From assembly GCA_037130865.1 (NCBI GenBank), contig JBAXSG010000001.1:41429-105428 (forward strand): a stretch of 64,000 nucleotides of DNA, given 5' to 3'. How positions within the stretch are numbered: position 1 is the first letter of the stretch; every line of letters starts with the position of its first letter. Both the position numbers and the translations under genes were made by a program. Positions 47,953 through 56,795 of this stretch are shown piece by piece. The DNA comes from Candidatus Tayloriibacteriota bacterium. GTDB lineage: Bacteria > Patescibacteriota > Minisyncoccia > Phycocordibacterales > PALSA-1337. The notes under the pieces are model-generated. The model was given only the letters and a program-made list of their open reading frames with translations. It had not been told where the DNA came from and made no database searches.

Positions 47953-48468
47953 ATGGCTTATAAAAGGAAATCAGACGGCTGGATACTGTTGTATATATTT
48001 GCAGGAGGGATGGATTTTATACAATTCTTCATACTAGAGTTAATCTTTGTGTGGTTTTTTGGGGCTGGCGCAGCTATAAACGAGGTTATAGATCCTATTG
48101 TTGGGGTAATATTGGCTGGTTGGATACAGTTTATCAAGAAAGTGTCTTTGGTTTCCCGCCCACAAAGACTTGTCTCCATGTTTGCGACAGAGGCTGCGGC
48201 CGCACTGACTGGTGGTATAGCTCAATTCTGGATTCTTGATGTTTGGTACATACACAATGATGTAAAAAAGGAGGATAATGAAGCCGAGCAGCAAGAGTTA
48301 CAAAAAAATTTGAGGCCAGAACAAGATGAGCCTATAAATAAAGTTGGTAGTGATGGTGTACCAACACGCCTACCAGAGAAAGCTACACAAGAGGCGGCTG
48401 TAAGTAATATCAGATCAACACCACCCTTAAATATAGTGGCTGGTACCAGTAGACCGCGTGGAAGATAG
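47953..48468 (+). CDS. hypothetical membrane protein
   Basis: 171 aa with three or four hydrophobic helices and an acidic/Gln-rich tail. Confidence 0.35.
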   Translation: MAYKRKSDGWILLYIFAGGMDFIQFFILELIFVWFFGAGAAINEVIDPIVGVILAGWIQFIKKVSLVSRPQRLVSMFATEAAAALTGGIAQFWILDVWYIHNDVKKEDNEAEQQELQKNLRPEQDEPINKVGSDGVPTRLPEKATQEAAVSNIRSTPPLNIVAGTSRPRGR

Positions 48469-48518
48469 TGCATAACCACTTTAGCTATTTTCTCATTTAC
48501 TTGATAAAATACTAGTTA

Positions 48519-49577
48519 ATGAAACCTCGTAATTCTATTGTATTTGTCTGTCTGGTCGCTTCGATAATAACCAGTGTTGTTTTCTCGATCAAAGCTGCAC
48601 AAGCTCAACTAGTTCCTGTGTCTATAAGCGTACTCCAGCTTTCAATATTACCGAAAAATCCAAGCCCAAATGAGTCTGTTGTTGTAAAAGTAGAAAGTTA
48701 TGCCACAGATATCAGTGGTGCAACTATATCTTGGTCAGCAAATGATACGGTTATGAAGAAAGGGGTAGGACTGACAACATTTACTACACAAGCTCCAAAG
48801 TTGGGAAAAACACTAACTATACAAGTAAATGTCGTGACTCCTTCTGGACAACAATACAACGAGAGTTTACCTATAAAATCTGGTGGTGTAGATTTCATCA
48901 CAGAATCCAGTGGTTACACTCCTCCTTTTTTCCTAGGAAGATTGCCGGTTGTTTATGAAAACACTGTGAGAATCGTGGCTGTGCCGCATTTGGCAAATTC
49001 TGCTGGTGTGGAATATGATCCATCGACGCTGATATATAAATGGGAAAAAGACAGTGGCGAGGTTTTGTCTGACATGTCTGGATATGGAAAGAGTTCTATT
49101 GACCTGAAAGGGGATATCATACCTAGACCTTATTCACTTACTGTCACCGTGAATACAAAAGATGGCACAAATACAACAAAAGGAACTGTGTCTGTAATAC
49201 CACAACGAGCTAGTCTGGTTTTTTATGTAAATGATTCTTTGTATGGTCCTTTGTACAACAGATCTATAGATACAGTAAATCTTGGTACACAAAAAGAACT
49301 TTCTGTAGTCGCTGTTCCATTTGGTTTTGATAAAGTTTTAAATGGTCTAGGTAATCTTGTTTTAAATTGGTCAATAAATGGCACCTACAACTCCGACTTG
49401 GGTTCTAGTAACAATATTGTCTTGAGAGCACCAGACGGCTCAGCTGGTTCATCTGATATCAATCTTAGTATAAGCAATAAAAGGGAATTCCTACAGAGCG
49501 CTAATAGCGGCTTCGCCACAAATTTCAGTGGAGCTACTGATTCGACCAATTCAACAAGTAATCCTGTAACATTTTAA
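48519..49577 (+). CDS. hypothetical secreted beta-rich protein
   Basis: Signal peptide MKPRNSIVFVCLVASIITSVVFSIKAAQA. Ser/Thr/Asn-rich with repeated beta-strand-like segments. Confidence 0.4.
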   Translation: MKPRNSIVFVCLVASIITSVVFSIKAAQAQLVPVSISVLQLSILPKNPSPNESVVVKVESYATDISGATISWSANDTVMKKGVGLTTFTTQAPKLGKTLTIQVNVVTPSGQQYNESLPIKSGGVDFITESSGYTPPFFLGRLPVVYENTVRIVAVPHLANSAGVEYDPSTLIYKWEKDSGEVLSDMSGYGKSSIDLKGDIIPRPYSLTVTVNTKDGTNTTKGTVSVIPQRASLVFYVNDSLYGPLYNRSIDTVNLGTQKELSVVAVPFGFDKVLNGLGNLVLNWSINGTYNSDLGSSNNIVLRAPDGSAGSSDINLSISNKREFLQSANSGFATNFSGATDSTNSTSNPVTF

Positions 49578-49582
49578 ATAAT

Positions 49583-51040
49583 ATGAAAATGAAAAAAGAA
49601 AAAATTATCATTCTAGGAATAGTTGCGTCAGTATTGTTTGGTGGTGTTGTTAATGGTCAAACTACTAAAAACACTCCAACATCAGTCTCTGGGCCAGTTC
49701 CAACCTCAACAACTACTCAATCTCTAGGCTCTCTAAACATCCTATCACCAGGAACAAATTCAATCTCAGACGGAGTGACACCGTCAGCTGCTGCAAAACT
49801 TGATCAAAACCTACAGTTTCAAAATAATGGTGGTTTAGTGAACACACCAACTAAATCTCCTGGTAGCTACACCCTTCTAGAACCACTGCCTTGTATTGAG
49901 GCATTGAAAAATGGTGCTCCTGGTATCGAGTGTATAAATGGTCAAGTGGTAGATATGAATATAAAAGGTTATGTTCAGTATATGTTCAACTTGCTTATAG
50001 CAATATCAGCCGTGGCTGCGGTGTTCATGATTGTTTTGGGAGGATTCGAATATATGACATCAGACGCTATACAAGGAAAAAGTGAAGGAAAAGAGAAGAT
50101 TAAACATGCTATTGAGGGCCTTCTTCTGGTTTTGTGTTCTTATTTGATCCTACGAACAATAAATCCACAGTTTGTGAATATACCAAATACTTTAGTGGCA
50201 CCGCTAACTACTCAAGTAAAGACTGGCGTCCTAGATTTTTCAACAGTTTTAAATGATCAGGCCAATTTCGCCATAAATAATAGAAACTATGCAGTAACAA
50301 CTCTAAATAATGCCAAAACAACCATCGCCAATCTATCTACACAACACAACACAATCTCTGAACAGTTGATGTCTAACCAAAATACAGATGGTACACCTTT
50401 AACTGCTAGTCAGAGGGATACATTGATTCTACAAAATGCAGAGTTTCAAGATCAAATAAACCAAATGAAGGCAGTAGTTGTTGTTAATTCAGGTGCTCAA
50501 GCATTTCAAACTAGTGTCACATATGCTGCTCAAGGAAAAACTGATATGACTTTAGATGCTAATATAGCTAATATTGACAACATATACAAACAAGATGCAA
50601 CTAGTTTAGTTGATGGTGGTCTGGCCGCACAACCATACACCACAGCAGATGGTTATAAAACCACAGCGGCACAACAATTAAAAGATCAAGCTTCTTACGC
50701 AAAAGGTTTGTTGTTGATTCAACAAAGCCAGCAAATAGACTCTAGTAATCTTGGTATAAAAACTATTGTAGGTTCGACTGCTGCTGGTGCAGTCACTGGA
50801 GCGACCGTAGCTGGTGCCGGTGGAACATTTGTAGTCCCTGTAGTAGGAACTGCTGTTGGTGCTGGTGGTGGTGCTGTTGTTGGTGGTGGTATAGGACTTG
50901 CATCAGGTCTTGCCGTCACTGCAAAAGGGTTGTACTTATCTGCAGAAAACAGCTCTAGGTATAAAGATATTGTTGCCTCTATCCAAGACCCTAAACTACA
51001 AGAGGAACTCAAATCTGCAGCGATAAAAGCTGGTCAATAA
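49583..51040 (+). CDS. pilin-like protein (TrbC/VirB2-like double hydrophobic helix) with a Gly/Ala-rich C-terminal region
   Basis: Signal/TM N-terminus. A central pair of hydrophobic helices (MFNLLIAISAVAAVFMIVLGGFEY ... LLLVLCSYLILRTINPQF) is separated by a short charged loop. The C-terminus is GAVTGATVAGAGGTFVVPVVGTAVGAGGGAVVGGGIGLASGLAV. Confidence 0.35.
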   Translation: MKMKKEKIIILGIVASVLFGGVVNGQTTKNTPTSVSGPVPTSTTTQSLGSLNILSPGTNSISDGVTPSAAAKLDQNLQFQNNGGLVNTPTKSPGSYTLLEPLPCIEALKNGAPGIECINGQVVDMNIKGYVQYMFNLLIAISAVAAVFMIVLGGFEYMTSDAIQGKSEGKEKIKHAIEGLLLVLCSYLILRTINPQFVNIPNTLVAPLTTQVKTGVLDFSTVLNDQANFAINNRNYAVTTLNNAKTTIANLSTQHNTISEQLMSNQNTDGTPLTASQRDTLILQNAEFQDQINQMKAVVVVNSGAQAFQTSVTYAAQGKTDMTLDANIANIDNIYKQDATSLVDGGLAAQPYTTADGYKTTAAQQLKDQASYAKGLLLIQQSQQIDSSNLGIKTIVGSTAAGAVTGATVAGAGGTFVVPVVGTAVGAGGGAVVGGGIGLASGLAVTAKGLYLSAENSSRYKDIVASIQDPKLQEELKSAAIKAGQ

Positions 51041-51066
51041 TTATAAACACTTAAGATACATCACCC

Positions 51067-52356
51067 ATGTCCAACCGAGCAGCAACAATCACAATCATCA
51101 TCTTGGTACTTGTCCTCATACTTCTTGGGGTGGGATATTGGTGGTATATGTCACATCTTTCAACACCTGGTCCTATAACAAATAGCTCGAACCCTACTGG
51201 TTTTGTCCCATTAAATCGTGACTCTGGCAGTGGTAGTCAAAGCTCTTCTACTGGAAATGGTTCTATCACAAATTCGACGACTACTGGAAACCAACAAATC
51301 GGTACTATCAAAACAAACCCTATACCTGTTCTTCGTCTCCTAAGTAATACTCCTGTAGGTGGATATGCGGCCAGCACAACTGGTACAACAACGGTGATGC
51401 GTTGGGTTGATAGGGGCCGCGGCAATGTCTACCAGACTCGAGGTGACACATTGAACATAACAACTCTCTCTAACACACTCCTTCCACGCCTTTATAACAG
51501 CTCTTGGAACAAAGATTTGACGGCGTTTATTGGCCAAACATTGCAAGATGATAGTGAAACTCCGACTTCTATATATGCCCAGCTCCAGTCTCGCGCGATA
51601 ACTTCAACAACAAGTGCCTCAACATCCTTTGATTTGCGTGGAAAAAATCTACCAGATAACACTATCGGTTATGCTGTTTCTCCCAAAAAGGATCAGGTCT
51701 TCCTGCTTGTGAAGGGTGATACTGTATCTACTGGATATGTAACCAACTTCGATGGCACAAAGGCTGTACAGATATTTACAACTCCTCTTGCTCAATTAAA
51801 TGTTGATTGGCCATCTGACAATATAATCTCCATAACAAACAAAGGAACTGCTGATAGGGCTGGTTATCTCTATTTCGTAAATCCAAAGACTGGTGCTTGG
51901 ACAAAAATCCTTGGCCCTCTAAATGGTCTAAGCTCTCGTGTCAGCCAAGATGGTAAAAAAGTCTTCTTCTCAGTCGCCGGATCTAACGCCGATGTAAAAT
52001 CTGCTATATATAATATCGCCAGCAGCACAATAACAGACGTGGTTATACAAACTCTCGCCGATAAGTGTGTTTGGGGTAATTTCTACAAAGAAATAGTTTA
52101 CTGCGCGGTACCATTCCAACCTGTTTCTGGTACATATCCAGATGATTGGTATTTGGGCTCTCTCTCAACCATAGACAAGATTTGGCAGATAAACTCTATA
52201 ACAGGGGAGACGAAGCTTGTGAACAACCTTATTGGTCAAGCCGACAGAGTTATAGATGCTTTCAGTCTCGTCTTAGACAACAAAGACAACTTCCTGTTGT
52301 TTATGAATAAAAACGACTTGTCCCTTTGGTCACTTGATCTAGTAAGAAGTAAGTAA
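51067..52356 (+). CDS. hypothetical membrane-anchored protein with a beta-propeller-like C-terminal domain
   Basis: N-terminal TM (ITIIILVLVLILLGVGYWWYM), a Ser/Thr-rich linker and PD40/TolB-like repeat character (DGKKVFFSVAGSN...). Confidence 0.4.
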   Translation: MSNRAATITIIILVLVLILLGVGYWWYMSHLSTPGPITNSSNPTGFVPLNRDSGSGSQSSSTGNGSITNSTTTGNQQIGTIKTNPIPVLRLLSNTPVGGYAASTTGTTTVMRWVDRGRGNVYQTRGDTLNITTLSNTLLPRLYNSSWNKDLTAFIGQTLQDDSETPTSIYAQLQSRAITSTTSASTSFDLRGKNLPDNTIGYAVSPKKDQVFLLVKGDTVSTGYVTNFDGTKAVQIFTTPLAQLNVDWPSDNIISITNKGTADRAGYLYFVNPKTGAWTKILGPLNGLSSRVSQDGKKVFFSVAGSNADVKSAIYNIASSTITDVVIQTLADKCVWGNFYKEIVYCAVPFQPVSGTYPDDWYLGSLSTIDKIWQINSITGETKLVNNLIGQADRVIDAFSLVLDNKDNFLLFMNKNDLSLWSLDLVRSK

Positions 52357-52382
52357 AAAAGCCCCCTCAGGGGCTTTTTTGT
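52355..52382. terminator. bidirectional rho-independent terminator
   Basis: AAAAAA-GCCCC-CTCA-GGGGC-TTTTTT sits between the convergent genes at 51067-52356 (+) and yidC (-). Confidence 0.8.
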
Positions 52383-52393
52383 TGCTTATTGTT

Positions 52394-53152
52394 TTATATC
52401 TTCAAGAGTTTCTTTCTAACATATAACTCCTGACCTAGTGTAAATAATGTGCTCACAGACCAATATATTGCGATTATAGAGGCCGCTTGAGGGTATCTGG
52501 CTGGAATTAGCCAGTAAACTGATGCGAAGGCTAGAATCGGCATAAAATACTTCATGTTTGTATTCATAGATGACATCATATCTGCTGTAGATCCTGTTTT
52601 TGCCACCGTGTTGCCATCTTGTGCATTCTTTTTGGCTATCAAGCGAATCTGATGTGATGCGAGGGAGTAATGTAGTTGAAAAAACTGAATAACACCAGTT
52701 AGAAGCGCCAGTATTAAGCTTTTACCAAGTAGGTTTATACCTAGAAGGCTGATGTGTGCGGTTGGCACATGAACAAAACTATAAAGAAGTTCTGGTTGCA
52801 CTGTTGGCACAATTTTATAAAAGACTGAGATCAGTGCTATTAAGATTGGTAATTGAATAATAATCAAAAGAACACCAGAAAGTGGCTTGATTTTCTTTGT
52901 TTTGTACAATTCCATCGTCTTTTGTGCTTGCATCTGACGATTGTCGGCATGCTGGGCTTTTATTTTATTGAGTTCAGGTTCAGCATCCTTCATACGAACT
53001 TGGGTTAGAAGAGCACTCTTAGAGAGGGGATAGAGGATCAGACGAACTATCGCTGTAAAAAGGATGACAGCAAGTCCAACATCTATACCTGGGATGTTCA
53101 TCAGAGCCACGAGGCCATTATAAAGAGGAAGGAAGATGAAAGTATTGTACAT
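52394..53152 (-). CDS. yidC: membrane protein insertase YidC (short form)
   Basis: 252 aa. Five TM helices with the conserved hydrophilic groove context (...LPLYNGLVALMN...LLIIIQLPILIAL...). Confidence 0.85.
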   Translation of the reverse strand: MYNTFIFLPLYNGLVALMNIPGIDVGLAVILFTAIVRLILYPLSKSALLTQVRMKDAEPELNKIKAQHADNRQMQAQKTMELYKTKKIKPLSGVLLIIIQLPILIALISVFYKIVPTVQPELLYSFVHVPTAHISLLGINLLGKSLILALLTGVIQFFQLHYSLASHQIRLIAKKNAQDGNTVAKTGSTADMMSSMNTNMKYFMPILAFASVYWLIPARYPQAASIIAIYWSVSTLFTLGQELYVRKKLLKI

Positions 53153-53190
53153 AAGTATATTTAAATAATTAAATGATTATTGAATATCTA

Positions 53191-53553
53191 CTATAGCACA
53201 CCCGCCTTACTAAGGAGAGTTTTCAGATCAGTGGTGAGTGTCTTTAGGTTGGCCCCAATGGACGCGGCTTTACAAAGAACAATGACTTGGAAACCTGGTT
53301 TGACCAAAACACCTGTAAGTTTCAAGGCTTCGTATGTTCGCCTTCGGGCCAAATTCCTAGCAACCGCTGTTTTGGCGATCTTTTTTGAAACAATGGCTGC
53401 AAAGCCGTTTCCTAAAACCGGTTTTGGTGTCTTAAGGGTCTTTGGAGTCTTGACGAGGACTTTTAGAGTAAAAAAGGGGGAGTGAAAGGACTTACTGTTT
53501 TCCATAACAGCAGAAACTTGCTCGGTAGTGAGCCTTTGGGTTTTTTTAAGCAT
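53191..53553 (-). CDS. rnpA: ribonuclease P protein component
   Basis: 120-aa basic protein, MLKKTQRLTTEQVSAVMENSKSFHSPFFTLKVL..., starting 2 nt after the rpmH stop. This is the classic rpmH-rnpA-yidC order. Confidence 0.82.
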   Translation of the reverse strand: MLKKTQRLTTEQVSAVMENSKSFHSPFFTLKVLVKTPKTLKTPKPVLGNGFAAIVSKKIAKTAVARNLARRRTYEALKLTGVLVKPGFQVIVLCKAASIGANLKTLTTDLKTLLSKAGVL

Positions 53554-53555
53554 TA

Positions 53556-53690
53556 TTAGACCGCGACACGCTTGCGACCCTTCGCACGGCGTCTTGCAAG
53601 AGCCTTGCGGCCGCCTGGAGTCTTCATGCGTACTCGAAAACCGTGTGATTTGGAGCGCTTTCGCTTCTTGGGGTTGTATGTAAATGACAT
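53556..53690 (-). CDS. rpmH: 50S ribosomal protein L34
   Basis: Reverse-complement translation [44 protein letters not shown]. It was missed by the ORF track because it is 44 aa. Confidence 0.9.
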   Translation of the reverse strand: MSFTYNPKKRKRSKSHGFRVRMKTPGGRKALARRRAKGRKRVAV

Positions 53691-53835
53691 GTCAGCAATA
53701 ATACATTATTTATACAGAAGCGCAAGCTTCCAGAAGGTTGGGAAGTGTTTCCTAATGCGTAATCCACATGTTATCAACATATTTTTGAGCACTCCACAAG
53801 TTTGCAGAATTATAAACAAAGGTATACTTAGACCC
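53691..53835. promoter_or_regulatory. rpmH-dnaA divergent intergenic region with DnaA-box-like 9-mers
   Basis: TAATCCACA (53760-53768) and TTATCAACA (53771-53779) each differ by one base from TTATCCACA. CACTCCACA is nearby. Confidence 0.45.
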
Positions 53836-55182
53836 ATGCAAGATTACTCAAAACTTTGGCAGACAGCCCTTATAGAGATAGAGTCCGCCGTATCACAAGC
53901 CAATTTCTCCACATGGTTCAAGGAGACTAGGATTGTAAGGGAAGCTGATGGTGTTATATATCTTGGTGTTCCAAATTCATTTACACAAGAATGGCTCTAT
54001 AAGAAGTTCCATAACTCTATTTTGCGCATATTACGCCAGACAAACGAGCAGGTTAGGGCACTAGAATACATTATAGAGAAAGAAAATGGCTCAAAGAAGG
54101 AAGATGGTAAGAAAAAGGCTGTTTTGGCACCAACAATCTCTATGCCTTTGCAGGATTTTTATATCAACAAAGAAGATAATTTGAATCCAAGATACACTTT
54201 TGAAAGTTTTGTCGTTGGTTCTTTCAATGAACTAGCTCACGCCGCCTCCCAAACAATAGTGACCGCTCCTGGTCAAACCTATAATCCATTGTTTATATAT
54301 GGAGATCCTGGTCGTGGCAAAACACACCTTATACAAGCGGTTGGAAATAAAATAAAAAAGGATATGCCGGACAAAAAAGTCTTTTATCTTACTTCAGAGC
54401 GTTTCTGTACTGAGTTCTTCGCCGCTCTTCAAGAAAATAAAGCCAACCAATTTAAAGAGAAGTATAGGAAGTATGATGTGGTGATTATGGATGATATCCA
54501 ATTCTTCTCTGGTAAAGAAAAGTTTCAAGAGGAGTTGTTCCATTTCTTCAATACCTTCAAAGATAGTTGCAGACAGCTTGTATTCTCGTCTGATAGACAC
54601 CCAAATGTCATCCCTGGGCTTGAGGAGCGTCTGAGAAGTAGATTCAACACTGGTATGGTTGTAGACCTCCAAGAGCTTGATCAAGAGTCTAGAATGGCTA
54701 TAGTTAGGGCTAAATGCGCCACACAAAACATAACCATGTTGGCCGAGGTTGTAGAGCTTATCGCCTCATCAATAGGGGACAATATCCGTGAAATAGAGGG
54801 GGTGGTTAATATCATCGCTTGCCAAACACAACTCAAAAACCGTGAGTTAAACTTAAATGAAATAAAGAATATCCTAAAAAACAACACGAAACCAAAGAAA
54901 ATGGTGTCTGTTAAGGATATAGTTAAGGTTGTTTCAGATTTCTACAACATAGACGAACAGAGTATATTCGATAAAACCAGACGTAAAGAGGTTGTTAGGC
55001 CACGCCAAATGATTATGTACCTTTTGCGTGAGGATTTTGGTATTTCTTTTCCTTCGATTGGAGAGAAATTAGGTGGAAGAGATCACACCACAGTGATTCA
55101 CTCTTACGAGAAGGTGAAAGAGGAGTTGAAAAGAGATACTATATTATCTCAGGAGGTGGCACAGTTGAGGTCAATGATTTAG
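53836..55182 (+). CDS. dnaA: chromosomal replication initiator protein DnaA
   Basis: Start at MQDYSKLWQTALIEIES. AAA+ Walker A GDPGRGKTHLIQAVGN, Walker B VVIMDDIQF, and a C-terminal DnaA-box binding HTH (...LLREDFGISFPSIGEKLGGRDHTTVIHSYEKV). The ORF-track N-terminal extension overlaps rpmH and is rejected. Confidence 0.93.
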   Translation: MQDYSKLWQTALIEIESAVSQANFSTWFKETRIVREADGVIYLGVPNSFTQEWLYKKFHNSILRILRQTNEQVRALEYIIEKENGSKKEDGKKKAVLAPTISMPLQDFYINKEDNLNPRYTFESFVVGSFNELAHAASQTIVTAPGQTYNPLFIYGDPGRGKTHLIQAVGNKIKKDMPDKKVFYLTSERFCTEFFAALQENKANQFKEKYRKYDVVIMDDIQFFSGKEKFQEELFHFFNTFKDSCRQLVFSSDRHPNVIPGLEERLRSRFNTGMVVDLQELDQESRMAIVRAKCATQNITMLAEVVELIASSIGDNIREIEGVVNIIACQTQLKNRELNLNEIKNILKNNTKPKKMVSVKDIVKVVSDFYNIDEQSIFDKTRRKEVVRPRQMIMYLLREDFGISFPSIGEKLGGRDHTTVIHSYEKVKEELKRDTILSQEVAQLRSMI

Positions 55183-55401
55183 GTTTTAGTTGTTGATAAG
55201 TTTGTGGAAAAGTTTGTAGTTAGTAATAGGATAAGTTGGTGGTAAGAATGGTTTTAAAAAACAATCAAAAACAATTCACTTGTTATTAAAAAATAAAACT
55301 TAAAAAACCAAGCTTTTAGGCCACAGAAAAACTTGTTCACATAAATACACCCTTAATAGCGATTAATTTATTTAAATAAGAACAATAATACTATTACTAA
55401 C
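55183..55401. promoter_or_regulatory. dnaA-dnaN intergenic AT-rich region, candidate oriC DNA-unwinding element
   Basis: 219 nt with a strongly AT-rich core (TTTTAAAAAACAATCAAAAACAATTCACTTGTTATTAAAAAATAAAACTTAAAAAACC). Degenerate DnaA boxes TGTGGAAAA and TTGTTCACA are present. Confidence 0.5.
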
Positions 55402-56508
55402 ATGAAAATCGAGATTCAGACACAAAAAATAAAAGAGATTATCCAAAAAATAGACCGCATAGCTGGAAAACACACCACTCTTCCTGTTTTGTCTTGTATT
55501 TTGATTGAGTTTAATAAAAACACAGCAATTTTCAAAGCTACAAACTTAGATGTTGGTATTGAAGTGTCTATACCAATCAAATCAGAAGGTTCTGGCGCTG
55601 TAGCAGTACCAGCACACACCTTAAGTGCTTTTATATCTCAACTACCAGACCAAAATGGTGTTGTTTCTATGGAAATAGACGGTGGAAACATAAAAATAAC
55701 CACCCCACACTCAAACGGAGTAATAAAGACAGTACCAATTGATGATTTTCCAACAATACCAAAAGTTGTTGATGGTCAAACATACGATCTTCCAGCAGAT
55801 GTTTTTATAAAAGGCCTCAAATCTGTGTGGTACAGTGCCTCAGTTTCCAGTATAAAACCAGAACTTTCAAGTATTTACATATATCGCGATGGTGAGTATA
55901 TAAACTTTGCGGCTACAGACTCATTCCGTTTAGCAGAGAAGAAAGTGAAGGCGCCAAACACAGCCAAAATGGGGGATATTTTGATTCCATTCAAAAATAT
56001 TGCTGACATAGTCAGGTTTCTGGAGGGTGTTGGTGGAACAGTGAAAGTAACAACCAGCAAAAACCTAATTTCTTTTAGTGAAAATGGTACATACCTAGTT
56101 TCAAGAGTGATTGACGGTGTTTTCCCAGATTATCACCAAATCATTCCTAAAAGCTTTATAACAGAAGCAGTAATCTTAAAACAGGACTTTATAAACGCAC
56201 TCAAAATATCAAATATATTCTCAGATAGGTTCAATCAAATCAAACTAGTGATCGACCCGAAGAAAAAAGTTTTTGATATCCAAACAAAAAACAGTGATGT
56301 TGGTGAAAATAAAACCTCCGTTTCAGCGGCATTGTCTGGTGAACAAATAGAGGTCAATTTCAACTACAAATATGTTGCCGACTGTTTCCAGTCTATAGAA
56401 GCCGACAGCCTCTCATTACAACTTGGCGGCCTCAACAAACCAATGCTTATCCGCTCCGTTTCTGGTGACCAAACATTTTTATATATAGTGATGCCAATGA
56501 ATAGATAA
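55402..56508 (+). CDS. dnaN: DNA polymerase III beta sliding clamp
   Basis: 368 aa with a three-domain beta-clamp architecture: MKIEIQTQKIKEIIQKIDRIAGKHTTLPVLSCILIEF..., ...IRSVSGDQTFLYIVMPM. Confidence 0.92.
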   Translation: MKIEIQTQKIKEIIQKIDRIAGKHTTLPVLSCILIEFNKNTAIFKATNLDVGIEVSIPIKSEGSGAVAVPAHTLSAFISQLPDQNGVVSMEIDGGNIKITTPHSNGVIKTVPIDDFPTIPKVVDGQTYDLPADVFIKGLKSVWYSASVSSIKPELSSIYIYRDGEYINFAATDSFRLAEKKVKAPNTAKMGDILIPFKNIADIVRFLEGVGGTVKVTTSKNLISFSENGTYLVSRVIDGVFPDYHQIIPKSFITEAVILKQDFINALKISNIFSDRFNQIKLVIDPKKKVFDIQTKNSDVGENKTSVSAALSGEQIEVNFNYKYVADCFQSIEADSLSLQLGGLNKPMLIRSVSGDQTFLYIVMPMNR

Positions 56509-56519
56509 TGGAATAGGTA

Positions 56520-56780
56520 ATGTTCAATATAAATCATCTTTTGGATAGGATGCGCGCCATTCGCAACAGCGATGTTGGTTTGCGTACAACAACACAGGCT
56601 GCCCTAAAGAAACACACCAATATAGATGTTCCAATCGAATCTATACAAGTTAAATCTGGAAGAGTTTCAATCAAAAACATACCAGGAGCTGCTAGAGCAG
56701 AAATCTTTATGAAGAAGACGCAAATTCTAGAGGAAATTAAAAACAACACTGGTAGCAGTAAAATAGTAGAGATAAACTAA
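56520..56780 (+). CDS. small DUF721 (DciA-like) protein
   Basis: 86 aa. ...IESIQVKSGRVSIKNIPGAARAEIFMKKTQILEEIKNNTGSSKIVEI fits the DUF721 pattern (v.v.n.awaqel...~iLeeln...g..i.~I). It occupies the usual position downstream of dnaN. Confidence 0.4.
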   Translation: MFNINHLLDRMRAIRNSDVGLRTTTQAALKKHTNIDVPIESIQVKSGRVSIKNIPGAARAEIFMKKTQILEEIKNNTGSSKIVEIN

Positions 56781-56795
56781 AAACAAACGAATCTA

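Noticed and set aside
53572-53835. N-terminal 88-codon extension of the dnaA ORF given by the ORF track
   Set aside because: The extension overlaps the rpmH gene on the opposite strand and the DnaA-box region. The canonical DnaA N-terminus (MQDYSKLWQTALIEIES) begins at the ATG at 53836.
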